A stretch of 19,735 nucleotides of DNA from Trueperaceae bacterium (GTDB lineage: Bacteria > Deinococcota > Deinococci > Deinococcales > Trueperaceae): contig JBBDRK010000066.1 in assembly GCA_040905465.1 (NCBI GenBank), positions 1 to 19,735 of the forward strand, read 5' to 3'. A program made the translations under genes and the position numbers. Below are positions 9,411-18,575 of this stretch, piece by piece (the first letter of the stretch is position 1; every line of letters starts with the position of its first letter). Under the pieces are notes generated by a model. The model made no database searches. It saw only the letters and a program-made list of their open reading frames with translations, and was not told where the DNA came from.

Positions 9411-9416
9411 AGTCTA
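9411..9416 (-). promoter_or_regulatory. -10 box (TAGACT) for the riboswitch-EamA transcript
   Basis: TAGACT overlaps the lipoprotein stop codon and places a start site near 9404, just ahead of the aptamer. Confidence 0.6.
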
Positions 9417-9917
9417 ACCTACCGGTGCAGCTGTCGGAGGTGCTATCGGAGGTGCTATCGGAGGTGCTGTCGCCGCTCCGACCGGCCCCCAGACCGAAGA
9501 CGGCGACGACGGCGTAATGCGCGAACCGGGAGCGAGATCGAGAGTGTACGCCCCCGTCTCGCCGGGAAACGCTGAGGTAACGATAATGACGTAGCTGCCG
9601 GTGACAGGCAGGCTGACGGTAATCACGACGTTGTAACCGTGGCCGGGACTGTCGTCTATCTCGGCTATCTTGTCGCCGTCGGGATCGAGCACCATCAGGT
9701 AGGGATCGATTGCGTCCGAGGCCAGCGAAATTGTCAGGAGGTCCCCCGAGGAGCCGGCGTAGGTGTACGTCTCGAAAAACTCACCACTTTCGAGCTGTTC
9801 GTCGCCACTGTCCAGGCGTCCGTCGGCCCCGGCGCCGGGAAGCGCCGTGATCATCGTCGGGGCGCAGCCCATCAACGTGAGCGCCACCAGGAGGAGGGGG
9901 AAGAGAGAGCGCACCAT
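9414..9917 (-). CDS. Lipoprotein with PPC-like (pre-peptidase C-terminal) domain and Pro-rich tail, 167 aa
   Basis: Signal peptide with lipobox LMGC; GDLLTISLAS-DAIDPYLMVLDPDG...DDS...LPVTGSYVIIVTS...GAYTL pattern. TATCCT (9923-9928) lies 5 nt before ATG 9917. Confidence 0.82.
   Translation of the reverse strand: MVRSLFPLLLVALTLMGCAPTMITALPGAGADGRLDSGDEQLESGEFFETYTYAGSSGDLLTISLASDAIDPYLMVLDPDGDKIAEIDDSPGHGYNVVITVSLPVTGSYVIIVTSAFPGETGAYTLDLAPGSRITPSSPSSVWGPVGAATAPPIAPPIAPPTAAPVG
9430..9472. repeat. In-frame 12-bp tandem repeat (gct[a/g]tcggaggt x3.5) encoding [T/I]APP units
   Basis: gctgtcggaggt gctatcggaggt gctatcggaggt gctgtcg. Confidence 0.9.
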
Positions 9918-10061
9918 ACCGGAGGATACGCCGAAGAGAGTCACGGCTTTCTGACTTTCCGCCTGCGCGCGCCGTTCGAGTTCCGTAATGTCAGACGGCG
10001 GCCCCATGATTCTATCGAGAGATTCGCGGCCAATCGTGTGCAGCACTGGCTTTGCACGTCA

Positions 10062-10460
10062 CTACCAGACAGCACCCGGAAAGTTGTCTCGAATCAACTC
10101 ATCGCGCGTGACCAACTTTCCATGGTTGAGCCGCGCCTCGGCGACTATCAGGCGATCGAACGGATCTCTCGTCCACGTCACGGAGCACGCCATCGTGGCT
10201 ACCGCTGCCAGCTCTTGCTTGCTGCGCTCTACGCCGATGCTCGTCTCGAGCGTCCGTAGCACTTCCTGCGGACTGGGGCGGATCCGGCCGATCTCGCGCA
10301 GGTACTGCAGCTCGAGCTCGACCATGCCGCAAACGAGCAGCACCCCAGACTCGACGGCGTCTTTCGCGCGCTCCGACAGCCGCCCGACCAGTCCGTCGTG
10401 GAGCCACATTACGACGTGGGTGTCGAGATAGGTCAGCTCAGATTCTTCGGCTCGTGCCAC
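10062..10460 (-). CDS. vapC: PIN-domain VapC-family toxin, 132 aa
   Basis: YLDTHVVMW, ELELQYL and RDPFDRLIVAEA...LVTRD supply the PIN acidic residues. The GTG start overlaps the 3' end of the antitoxin. Confidence 0.9.
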   Translation of the reverse strand: MARAEESELTYLDTHVVMWLHDGLVGRLSERAKDAVESGVLLVCGMVELELQYLREIGRIRPSPQEVLRTLETSIGVERSKQELAAVATMACSVTWTRDPFDRLIVAEARLNHGKLVTRDELIRDNFPGAVW

Positions 10461-10672
10461 TCGCCAACCCTGACTTGCGCCAAGTCGTCGGGATCGCCGA
10501 CTATGCCGTTGCGCCGCTCGAGCCGTGCCAGGCGAGATCGGCCGCCCTTCCCGAGCGCGATCACAACCGTCCGGCCGTGACGTTCGATCTCGACCGGCAC
10601 ACCGGTTTCGAGAACCCCATCCACCACCTGATACAGGCGCTTGCGAAGTGCCGTAATCGTCAACTTCTCCAT
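10433..10672 (-). CDS. Phd/YefM-family antitoxin, 79 aa
   Basis: MEKLTITALRKRLYQVVDGVLETGVPVEIERHG is a Phd-type N-terminus. SD GGAGG is present and the gene lies directly upstream of the PIN toxin. Confidence 0.87.
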   Translation of the reverse strand: MEKLTITALRKRLYQVVDGVLETGVPVEIERHGRTVVIALGKGGRSRLARLERRNGIVGDPDDLAQVRVGEWHEPKNLS

Positions 10673-10705
10673 CACTCGACCTCCGAGGTGAAACACGCTG
10701 GTGGT

Positions 10706-10741
10706 AACGTACGCGCGTTTAGTTTAGCACGTACGCGTACG
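10706..10741 (-). promoter_or_regulatory. Toxin-antitoxin promoter/operator
   Basis: The -10 TAAACT (10721-10726, minus strand) is flanked by two ACGTACGCG boxes 22 bp apart. The second box overlaps the perfect palindrome CGTACGCGTACG (10730-10741). Confidence 0.7.
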
Positions 10742-11054
10742 CAGCGCTCGGACCGTTCGAGCCGGTCGCAGTGCACGCGCCGCCGAGCGCCGTTCGAGAC
10801 TAGAGCTTGTCGTGCATGCCCACGTGCCCTGTCGCCGCAACATGCCGATGACCTCTCGTTCGGCCGTGTCAACCCGGTCCCAGCAAGCGAGGCCCGCAGT
10901 TGATAGAGTCGGAAGAGTGATGCCGGCAGGCGCGGTGCCAAGCTGTAGCATCGACAGGGAGCGGTTACAGGATGATTGCCAAGGCCGGCGAGAACAGTTG
11001 CGGCGAGTCCGGGGGCAGCGCAGCCTCGTACGAATGCTGGGCAGGGAGCGTGCA

Positions 11055-12404
11055 GTGCTAGCTCACGTGCTCACCTACGGCTGTCAGATGAACGAGTACG
11101 ACACCCACACCATCCAGTCGGAACTGGTGGCGGGTGGACATCAGCTGGTGGACCACGTGGCCGACGCCGAACTGGTGGTGCTCAACACCTGCGCGGTGCG
11201 GGGCAAGCCGGTGGAGAAGGTCGTGACCCTGCTGGGCGAGTTCCGCAAGGAGAAGCAGGCCGGGCGCAAGCTCACACTGGCGCTGATGGGCTGTCTGGCG
11301 CAACTCGACGAGGGCAGGGAGATCGCCCGCAAGTTCGAGGTGGACATCCTCATCGGGCCCGGCGCCATCACCGACATCGTGCCGGCGGTCGAGGCGACGA
11401 CGGCCGACAGAGCGACGTTCGAGAGCCTGGCTTTCAAGGACGACCTGCAGACCTACCAGCCTCCGGCACCGGACGCACTAACCGGCTTCCTGACCATAAT
11501 GCGCGGCTGCAACCACCATTGCACCTACTGCATCGTGCCCACCACTCGTGGACCCGAGGTCTCCCGGCCGGCCGAGGCGGTGCTGGCGGAAGCGCGGGCA
11601 ATGGTCGCGGCCGGCGTACAAGAGGTATATCTTCTCGGCCAGAACGTAAACAGCTACGGGTTGGACGACCCCGGCCTGCCCTCGTTCGCCGAGCTGTTGC
11701 GGATGGTCGCCCAGGCAGGCATCCCGCGGGTCAAGTTCACGACCTCGCATCCGATGAACTTCACCTCCGACGTCATCGACGCCATCGCGGAGGAGCCGAA
11801 CATCTGCAACTACATCCACCTGCCGTTCCAGTCGGGGTCCGATTCTGTGCTCAGGCGCATGGCCCGTGAGTACAAGCGAGAACGCTACCTGGAAATCATC
11901 GGCGAAATCCGGGCCAAGGTGCCCGACGTGGTGATCTCTACCGACGTGATCGTTGGATTTCCCGGCGAAACCGAGGATGACTTCGAGCAGACTCTCTCGC
12001 TCTACCGCGAGGCATCGTTCGATCAGGCCTATATGTTCATCTATTCGGCCAGGCCGGGCACTCCTTCGTACAAGCATTTCGACGACATGCCGCGCCGGGT
12101 CAAGACCGAGCGATTGCAGAGGCTCATCGAGTTGCAGAAGGAGCAGTCGTTCCGGTCCAATCGCAGGTTCGTCGGCCGCGAGCTGCGCGTGCTCATCAAG
12201 GAAGCGGCGCGTGAGGGAGATCTGGTGATGGGCCACAGCGATCAGAACCATACGGTACTGGTGCCCAAGGACCAGGTTCAGGACATGGGGCTGCACCTCG
12301 TGCGGATCGACAACGCAACTCCGCATACTCTCTATGGGAGCGTTCTCGATGCCGCAGGCGCCAGGCCAGCGGGTCCGATACCTCTGATGATGGCGTCGCA
12401 GTGA
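11055..12404 (+). CDS. miaB: tRNA-2-methylthio-N6-dimethylallyladenosine synthase MiaB, 449 aa
   Basis: [21 protein letters not shown], radical-SAM [29 protein letters not shown] and [11 protein letters not shown] 11055 follows AGGGAG; ATG 11034 is an alternative start. Confidence 0.95.
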   Translation: MLAHVLTYGCQMNEYDTHTIQSELVAGGHQLVDHVADAELVVLNTCAVRGKPVEKVVTLLGEFRKEKQAGRKLTLALMGCLAQLDEGREIARKFEVDILIGPGAITDIVPAVEATTADRATFESLAFKDDLQTYQPPAPDALTGFLTIMRGCNHHCTYCIVPTTRGPEVSRPAEAVLAEARAMVAAGVQEVYLLGQNVNSYGLDDPGLPSFAELLRMVAQAGIPRVKFTTSHPMNFTSDVIDAIAEEPNICNYIHLPFQSGSDSVLRRMAREYKRERYLEIIGEIRAKVPDVVISTDVIVGFPGETEDDFEQTLSLYREASFDQAYMFIYSARPGTPSYKHFDDMPRRVKTERLQRLIELQKEQSFRSNRRFVGRELRVLIKEAAREGDLVMGHSDQNHTVLVPKDQVQDMGLHLVRIDNATPHTLYGSVLDAAGARPAGPIPLMMASQ

Positions 12405-12907
12405 CGGACGGACACCACGAGTCAGGCGCAGGACGCCATTTCGTGGCGACCGCCTTCGTGTACTGGCGGGAGCGCCTCCTTCTGCACCGTCATCCCAAGC
12501 TGGACATGTGGCTTCCCTGCGGGGGGCATGTGGAACCTGGCGAGACACCGGAGGAGGCGGCAGTACGCGAGGTGCTCGAGGAATCGGGCGTGGCGGTCGA
12601 GCTCGTGGGCGAGCGGGCGCTCGAGGTCGCCGAGCCGCTCCAGCTATTGCGACCGAGAGGCGTGCAGCTCGAGCACATCGGGCCGGGCCACGAGCACATC
12701 GACTTCGTCTACTTCGCCCGGCCTCTCGAGCCGTACGACGGCACCCTCGGCGGAACGGAACCGGGACTAGCCTGGTTCACGCGCAAAGAGTTGGACTCAC
12801 TACCGCTCACCGAAGAGATGCAGGCGTGGACCGAACTTGCTCTGAGCGAACTGCACCAGCCTCGGACGGTCAGGCGGGCTCGGGCGTTACTGCCGGGATC
12901 AGCCTGA
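12401..12907 (+). CDS. NUDIX hydrolase, 168 aa
   Basis: [27 protein letters not shown] and [12 protein letters not shown] overlap with the miaB stop. Confidence 0.9.
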   Translation: MTDGHHESGAGRHFVATAFVYWRERLLLHRHPKLDMWLPCGGHVEPGETPEEAAVREVLEESGVAVELVGERALEVAEPLQLLRPRGVQLEHIGPGHEHIDFVYFARPLEPYDGTLGGTEPGLAWFTRKELDSLPLTEEMQAWTELALSELHQPRTVRRARALLPGSA

Positions 12908-14108
12908 CGCGGGTCACGCGCAATCCCTGAACACCCTCCACGCGCAGTACCGCATCGCCGACACCTACCTCGTCACCGGCGGTCACCTCGCGGGCCAACC
13001 GCCCGAAGACGTAACCGCCGACCGTCTCCTCCTCGACGTCACCGAAGTCCAACTGGTAGCCGCGCTCCAGCTCCTCGAGCCTCACGGCGCCGTCCAGCAG
13101 CACCTGACCGTTGCGGAGCGGAGTGATCTCGACCTCCTCCTCGTCGAACTCGTCGCGGATCTCCCCCACCAGCTCCTCCAGCAAGTCCTCGAGGGTCACG
13201 ATCCCGGCTGTCCCGCCGAACTCGTCCACCACCACCGCCATGTGGCTCTGCTCGCGTTGGAAACGGCGCAACAGCGTCATCGCTTCGGCAGTTTCGGGCA
13301 CGAAGCTCACCGGCCTGGCCGCGGCTCGCAACTCCTGAGACGAAGGCGCCGTCCTGAGGAGCCCTAAATCTCTTACGTGGACGTAGCCGATAACCTGATC
13401 TGGCGAATCGAGACAGAGCGGGAAACGACTGTGGCCGCTGTCGCGTACCTGTTGAAGGATCCGTTCGGGATCGTCGTTGGTCGAGAGCCAGGCGACGTCG
13501 GGGCGTGGAACCATCAGCTCGCCCAGACTTCGCTCCCGAAATCTCAGCGCGTTGTGGATCAGCGACAGTTCGTCACCGCTCAGGCCGCTCGAGTCGAGCC
13601 ACGCCGACAGGCGCTCGCCGGTATCCTCGCTGGCCGCGTCGTAGGAGCGGCGTTGAACCCAGGCGTCGGCCCGATAACTGACGGCAACCAGTGGCGCCGC
13701 CAGGAGCGACCAGGCACGGAGCGGCACGCGCATCACCAGCAGCAGGCGGACAGGCGCCATGCCGGCGACCATTCGCCCCACGAGCAGGAGCACCAGATAG
13801 ACGAAAAAGACAACGCCCAACAGAATCAGCACGCGGCCGGTGGATCCGGCCGGCGCGGTCAGGACCACAGTTCCCGCGGTGAGCGCAAGGTATTGCGCCA
13901 GGCGTGCCGCCAGGCGGTGGCGGGAGGCGTCGCCGGCCGCTATCACGGAGGCGTCCTGATCCATCGCTCTGACCACGGCCTTGAAGGCCGCGCTCAGCAT
14001 CAACAGGAGCAGTCCGCTCAGGAACTGCGAGGTTGTCAGCAGGGGTAATTCGCTTAAAGGTAGGTCGGCTGCCTGAAGCAGCATGGAACTCGGAGGTTGT
14101 TCAGACAC
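12870..14108 (-). CDS. Hemolysin-family (CNNM-like membrane region, CBS pair, CorC_HlyC) protein, about 412 aa
   Basis: N-terminal hydrophobic helices, LMVPRPDV, HSRFPL and VVVDEFGGTAGIVTLEDLLEELVGEIRDEFD. GTG 14108 chosen because TGcTATGGT ends 6 nt upstream. Confidence 0.9.
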   Translation of the reverse strand: MSEQPPSSMLLQAADLPLSELPLLTTSQFLSGLLLLMLSAAFKAVVRAMDQDASVIAAGDASRHRLAARLAQYLALTAGTVVLTAPAGSTGRVLILLGVVFFVYLVLLLVGRMVAGMAPVRLLLVMRVPLRAWSLLAAPLVAVSYRADAWVQRRSYDAASEDTGERLSAWLDSSGLSGDELSLIHNALRFRERSLGELMVPRPDVAWLSTNDDPERILQQVRDSGHSRFPLCLDSPDQVIGYVHVRDLGLLRTAPSSQELRAAARPVSFVPETAEAMTLLRRFQREQSHMAVVVDEFGGTAGIVTLEDLLEELVGEIRDEFDEEEVEITPLRNGQVLLDGAVRLEELERGYQLDFGDVEEETVGGYVFGRLAREVTAGDEVGVGDAVLRVEGVQGLRVTRVRLIPAVTPEPA

Positions 14109-14270
14109 GCAGCTACCATAGCACGGGTCGGTTCGCGTTTGCCCGTAGCCCGGCGACCTGTCCGGTCGACAGCGGCAAAAGCCGGCCAATCCATCATCGG
14201 ACCGGGCAAGGAGCCGGAGGCTCATCGAACGCAAGGTGCAATCTGCCGTCACGCCGACGTCTACAGCGGC

Positions 14271-14300
14271 TTGCGGCGTCAAAAGGTCGGGTGATATACT
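14271..14300 (+). promoter_or_regulatory. Sigma70-type promoter of the tRNA cluster
   Basis: TTGCGG-N18-TATACT with an extended -10 TG. Confidence 0.7.
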
Positions 14301-14431
14301 CTTTTGCTGTCGGCGACGAGGCCGATAGGTAGCCGCCGGCACCTGGCTCGGCTGCCGGGGAACGTGTTCTGAACGAGCGCGTGACCGGTAGGTTCTAATG
14401 AGGACCGGCAGGAGCGGAGCGGGTAGTTTGG

Positions 14432-14508
<77 letters not shown>

Positions 14509-14556
14509 AGATAGCCTCACCGCGGTAAAGGTCTCGTATGATTGGCCCGGCACCGG

Positions 14557-14632
14557 GCGGGAGTAGCTCAGTTGGTAGAGCGACAGCCTTCCAAGCTGTA
14601 TGTCGTGGGTTCGAATCCCATCTCCCGCTCCA
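14557..14632 (+). tRNA. tRNA-Gly(TCC)
   Basis: GCGGGAG...ACAGC-CT-TCC-AA-GCTGT...GTTCGAATC...CTCCCGC-TCCA, 76 nt. Confidence 0.97.
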
Positions 14633-14666
14633 AATCAGACTCAGTCCGGCGGGCGACCGCAGGCGG

Positions 14667-14742
14667 GCACCAGTAGCTCAGTGGATAGAGCAGTCGCCTT
14701 CTAAGCGATTGGTCGAGGGTTCGAATCCTTCCTGGTGCACCA
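14667..14742 (+). tRNA. tRNA-Arg(TCT)
   Basis: GCACCAG...GTCGC-CT-TCT-AA-GCGAT...GTTCGAATC...CTGGTGC-ACCA, 76 nt. Confidence 0.97.
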
Positions 14743-14896
14743 TTGCCGTGAGACTTCGAGGTGACATGTGTTCCTTCGAGAATTCTAGAAATTGCGCCTC
14801 GGCAGAATCTCACGGCAACGACCACGGCGCGATGTATGCGGTAGTTCACGCAAGACCGGAACGCCCGCAGTTTGATAGACTTGGTCTTGCGAGCGT

Positions 14897-14974
14897 GGTG
14901 GGTGTAGCTCAGCAGGTTAGAGCATCGGATTGTGGTTCCGAGGGTCGTGGGTTCGAGTCCCATCATCCACCCCA
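14897..14974 (+). tRNA. tRNA-His(GTG), including encoded G-1
   Basis: G-GTGGGTG...TCGGA-TT-GTG-GT-TCCGA...GTTCGAGTC...CATCCAC-CCCA. Confidence 0.97.
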
Positions 14975-15017
14975 TACCGCAAAGCGGTGCCGCCCCTTCG
15001 GACGGCACCGCAAACGC

Positions 15018-15101
15018 GCGAGGATGGCGGAATTGGTAGACGCGCCAGATTTAGGATCTGGTGGCTTGGCCGTGCGGGTTCAAGTCCCGCTCCTCGCACC
15101 A
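15018..15101 (+). tRNA. tRNA-Leu(TAG)
   Basis: GCGAGGA...CCAGA-TT-TAG-GA-TCTGG, long variable arm, GTTCAAGTC...TCCTCGC-ACCA, 84 nt. Confidence 0.97.
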
Positions 15102-15105
15102 ACAC

Positions 15106-15133
15106 CGGCAAGCTCCCGCTTGCCGCTTTTTTT
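15106..15133 (+). terminator. Intrinsic terminator after tRNA-Leu
   Basis: Hairpin CGGCAAGC-tccc-GCTTGCCG followed by C and T7. Confidence 0.88.
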
Positions 15134-15205
15134 GCCGCGGGCCGCGGTATCATCGGGCGGACGAAGCGCTCCCGCCGTTCGCCGCCCGGGCGACAAGGAG
15201 ATCGC

Positions 15206-16660
15206 ATGGAAGCCAAACTCAAGGACAAGAAGCCGGTCGAAGCGACCGTCGAAGTAACGGTTCCGGCTGCCGAGGTCGACAAGACCTTCGACAAGGTTCT
15301 GCGTCAACTTGCACGGCAGGTAAAAGTACCGGGCTTCCGTCCCGGCAAGGCGCCGCGCGGCGTTCTGGTGAAGAGAGTGGGCAAGGAAGCGCTCGAGGGC
15401 GAGGTCCGCGAGGAGCTGATCGAGAGCAGCTACCAGAAGGCGCTCGAGCAGTTCGAGCTCGTACCTTTACACGCTCACGTCCACGGCGGGGCGCCGAGCG
15501 AGGGGCAGGATTTTACCTTCGAGCTGCACGTCGATCTGTACCCGGAGGTCGTTCTCGGCGACCTGGACGAGCTGGTCATAGACAGCGAGGGCCGGAAGGT
15601 CGACGACGAGATGGTGGCAGCCACCGTAGCCCGCCTGCAGAGCGAGAACGCGACCATGGTCCCGGTAGACCGGCCGGCCGAAGCCGGCGATTACCTGTTG
15701 GTCGAGATGGCGGACAGCGACGATTCCGAGGGCGGCGGCTCGACCATGCCGATAGATCTCGAATCGGTCGGTGACGAGCTCGCCGAACAGCTCATCGGAC
15801 GTTCGGCGGGCGAGTTGGTCACGCTCAGGCTGGCCCAGCCGCCCGCAGCCGATTCCGCCGAGGCCGCCGGGGGCGAGACCGACAGCGACACGCCGTCCGC
15901 CGAGGCGGACGCCGCTGGCGGCGATGCAGGTGATAGCGAGGAGGGATCCTCGACCGGCGAACAGGTCGCCCCCACGCTGGACGTGCGGATCAAGGACGTG
16001 AAGGCCAAGGAGAAGCCCGCGGCCGACGACGAGTTCGCCAAGACCCTCGGCTTCGACGATTGGCAGGAGACGGAGGCGCGCATCCGGGAGAGCCTCCAGG
16101 CGCAGCTCGACGAGGAGGTCTTCGAGGAGCAGCGCGAGGAGTTCGTTGAAAAGCTGATGGCCGGCACAACCTTCGAACTTCCCCGCAGCCTGGTGCAGCG
16201 TCGCCGGGGTGGCCTGCTCGAGAACCTGACCGATGATCTCAAGCGCCGGGGAATGACTCTCGAGAGCTACGTCGGGAGATTGGACGAAAACGGCGGCCGC
16301 GAGGAGTTCGAGCGGGAGCTGCAGGAGGCCGCCGAGAAGGGCGTGCGCCGTGACCTGGTCCTCGAGCGGCTGCTTGAGCAGCGCGGCACGCGCCTGTCCG
16401 ACGCCGAGTTCGAGGCCTCGCTCAGTCAGCTGGCGAACCAGCAGGGGATGGACGTCGACCGGCTCCGTCGCGAGCGTGGCGACGACTGGCTCCGCAACTA
16501 CCGGTTCCTCCTGACCCGCGACCGTGCGCTTCGCGAGACGGTCGCGGAGCGACTCGCGGCCCAGAACGGCCCAAGCGGTGAGGTCGGAACCGCCGCGGGC
16601 GACGTCGCCCCTGAGGACGCCGAGGCGCCGGCGCCCGAGCAGGACGCCTCCGGCTCGTGA
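15206..16660 (+). CDS. tig: Trigger factor, 484 aa
   Basis: Ribosome-binding signature VPGFRPGKAP, VDRPAEAGD, SD AAGGAG before ATG 15206, and canonical tRNA-Leu-tig-clpP-clpX order. Confidence 0.95.
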   Translation: MEAKLKDKKPVEATVEVTVPAAEVDKTFDKVLRQLARQVKVPGFRPGKAPRGVLVKRVGKEALEGEVREELIESSYQKALEQFELVPLHAHVHGGAPSEGQDFTFELHVDLYPEVVLGDLDELVIDSEGRKVDDEMVAATVARLQSENATMVPVDRPAEAGDYLLVEMADSDDSEGGGSTMPIDLESVGDELAEQLIGRSAGELVTLRLAQPPAADSAEAAGGETDSDTPSAEADAAGGDAGDSEEGSSTGEQVAPTLDVRIKDVKAKEKPAADDEFAKTLGFDDWQETEARIRESLQAQLDEEVFEEQREEFVEKLMAGTTFELPRSLVQRRRGGLLENLTDDLKRRGMTLESYVGRLDENGGREEFERELQEAAEKGVRRDLVLERLLEQRGTRLSDAEFEASLSQLANQQGMDVDRLRRERGDDWLRNYRFLLTRDRALRETVAERLAAQNGPSGEVGTAAGDVAPEDAEAPAPEQDASGS

Positions 16661-16746
16661 CCTCTCTGACGGAACACCTTCCCGCAACCGAGCATACTGG
16701 CCGCAGGTCCAGCCGTTTCGCCCGCCTTTTCGCCTGAGGAGTCACA

Positions 16747-17367
16747 ATGCCGCTCGTTCCCTACGTCATAGAGCAGACCGGCCGCGGTGAGCGTACCTAC
16801 GACGTCTACAGCCGACTGCTCAAGGAGAGAATCATCTTCCTCGGCCAGGCTATCGACTCCGAGGTCGCCAACGTAATCGTCGCCCAGTTGCTGCTGCTCG
16901 ACTCGCAGTCGAGCGAGCAGCCGATAAACATGTTCATCAACTGTCCCGGTGGCGAGGTCTACTCGGGCCTGGCGATCTACGACGTGATGCAGTACATCTC
17001 CGCGCCGGTGTACACCAACTGCGTGGGAATCGCGATGTCCATGGGTTCGGTGATGTTGATGGCGGGTGCCAAGGGCCACCGGGTGGCCCTTCCCAACAGC
17101 CGCATCATGATCCACTCGGGCTCGGCCGGCTTCCCGCGCTCTTCCATGCCGGACCTCGAGATCATGGCTCGCGAGTATCTCGACATTCGCGACATCATGG
17201 AACGAATCTACGAACGCCACACCGGCAAGTCACGCGAGGAGGTCCGCAAGGACCTCGAGCGCGACTACTTCATGTCTCCACAGGAGGCCAAGGATTACGG
17301 CCTGATCGACGACGCGATCGCACCCAAGGATGCCGCCCGTTTTCGCAACCTGCCGGGGAACGGCTGA
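16747..17367 (+). CDS. clpP: ATP-dependent Clp protease proteolytic subunit, 206 aa
   Basis: [20 protein letters not shown], and the catalytic triad in GIAMSMGS (Ser), RIMIHS (His) and ERDYFM (Asp). Confidence 0.97.
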   Translation: MPLVPYVIEQTGRGERTYDVYSRLLKERIIFLGQAIDSEVANVIVAQLLLLDSQSSEQPINMFINCPGGEVYSGLAIYDVMQYISAPVYTNCVGIAMSMGSVMLMAGAKGHRVALPNSRIMIHSGSAGFPRSSMPDLEIMAREYLDIRDIMERIYERHTGKSREEVRKDLERDYFMSPQEAKDYGLIDDAIAPKDAARFRNLPGNG

Positions 17368-17369
17368 GG

Positions 17370-18569
17370 ATGACCGAGCCGAGCTGCAACTTCTGCGGCC
17401 GGGGTCACGGCGAGGTCCGGCAACTGGTGGCGGCCGAGAACGGCCTCGCCCATATCTGCAGCGACTGCATCTCGCGCATCTCGCAGGTCCTCACTTCGAA
17501 AACCTCCAGCTACCCGACACAGCTTCGGCTGCCCACGCCACGCGAGATAAAGGGCCTGCTGGATCAGTACGTGATCGAGCAGGAGCAGGCCAAACGCACC
17601 CTGTCGGTCGCCGTTTACAACCACTATCGGCGGCTGCAGAATCCCGAAGCCGAGATCGAAAAGTCGAACATCCTGCTGATCGGATCGAGCGGTACCGGGA
17701 AGACTCTGCTGGCCCAGACCCTGGCACGGATCCTGCAGGTTCCTTTCGCCATCGCCGACGCCACCACCCTGACCGAGGCGGGCTACGTCGGAGACGACGT
17801 CGAAAACATCGTGCTGCGCCTGTTGCAGACTGCCAACTACGACGTCGAGTCGGCCGAACGCGGCATCATCTATCTCGACGAGATAGACAAGATTGCGCGC
17901 AAGTCCGAGGGCGTCTCGATAACCAGGGACGTTTCCGGTGAGGGCGTACAGCAGGCCCTGCTAAAGATGATCGAGGGGACTGTCACTCATGTTCCGCCTC
18001 AAGGCGGACGCAAACATCCCCACCAGGAGCTTATCCCGGTGGACACCAGCAACATCCTGTTCGTCTGCGGGGGCGCTTTCGAAGGCGTGAAGGATATCGT
18101 CCGCAACCGGGTCGACGTCTCGAAGGTCGGCTTCCAGACCGCGCGCGCCGAAGCGGACGATCCCGGCGCCAAGGCGGAGGTGATCCCCGAGGACCTGATG
18201 ACCTTCGGCCTGATACCCGAGCTGATCGGTCGCCTGGCGGTTACTGTACGGCTCCACGACCTCAGCCTCGACGCGCTGGTGGACGTGCTGACCAAGCCGC
18301 GAAACGCCCTGATCCGTCAGTACCAGGAGTTGTTCTCCCTCGAGGGCGTGGAGTTGAGATTCAGCGACGGAGCCTTGCGAAGCGTGGCTCAGCGGGCTCT
18401 GGAACGCAAAACCGGGGCGCGTGGCCTGCGCTCGGTGATGGAGCAGACGCTCCTGGACCTGATGTTCGAGGTCCCCGGCTCCGAAATATCGGTCATTCGC
18501 ATAGACGAGAAGAACCTCGACGACCCCGAGCTGGTGCTCGACCAGGCCGAGCGGCGCAAGACCGCCTGA
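17370..18569 (+). CDS. clpX: ATP-dependent Clp protease ATP-binding subunit ClpX, 399 aa
   Basis: C4 zinc finger (CNFC...CSDC), Walker [13 protein letters not shown] pore loop, DEIDK, RKH loop, VGF loop and TGARGLR. Confidence 0.97.
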   Translation: MTEPSCNFCGRGHGEVRQLVAAENGLAHICSDCISRISQVLTSKTSSYPTQLRLPTPREIKGLLDQYVIEQEQAKRTLSVAVYNHYRRLQNPEAEIEKSNILLIGSSGTGKTLLAQTLARILQVPFAIADATTLTEAGYVGDDVENIVLRLLQTANYDVESAERGIIYLDEIDKIARKSEGVSITRDVSGEGVQQALLKMIEGTVTHVPPQGGRKHPHQELIPVDTSNILFVCGGAFEGVKDIVRNRVDVSKVGFQTARAEADDPGAKAEVIPEDLMTFGLIPELIGRLAVTVRLHDLSLDALVDVLTKPRNALIRQYQELFSLEGVELRFSDGALRSVAQRALERKTGARGLRSVMEQTLLDLMFEVPGSEISVIRIDEKNLDDPELVLDQAERRKTA

Positions 18570-18575
18570 TCTGCG

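Noticed and set aside
10744-11054. Hairpin GCGCTCGG/CCGAGCGC and short ORFs between the TA pair and miaB
   Set aside because: No recognisable RNA family or protein motif, and the N-terminal extension of the miaB ORF is not protein-like. Left unexplained.
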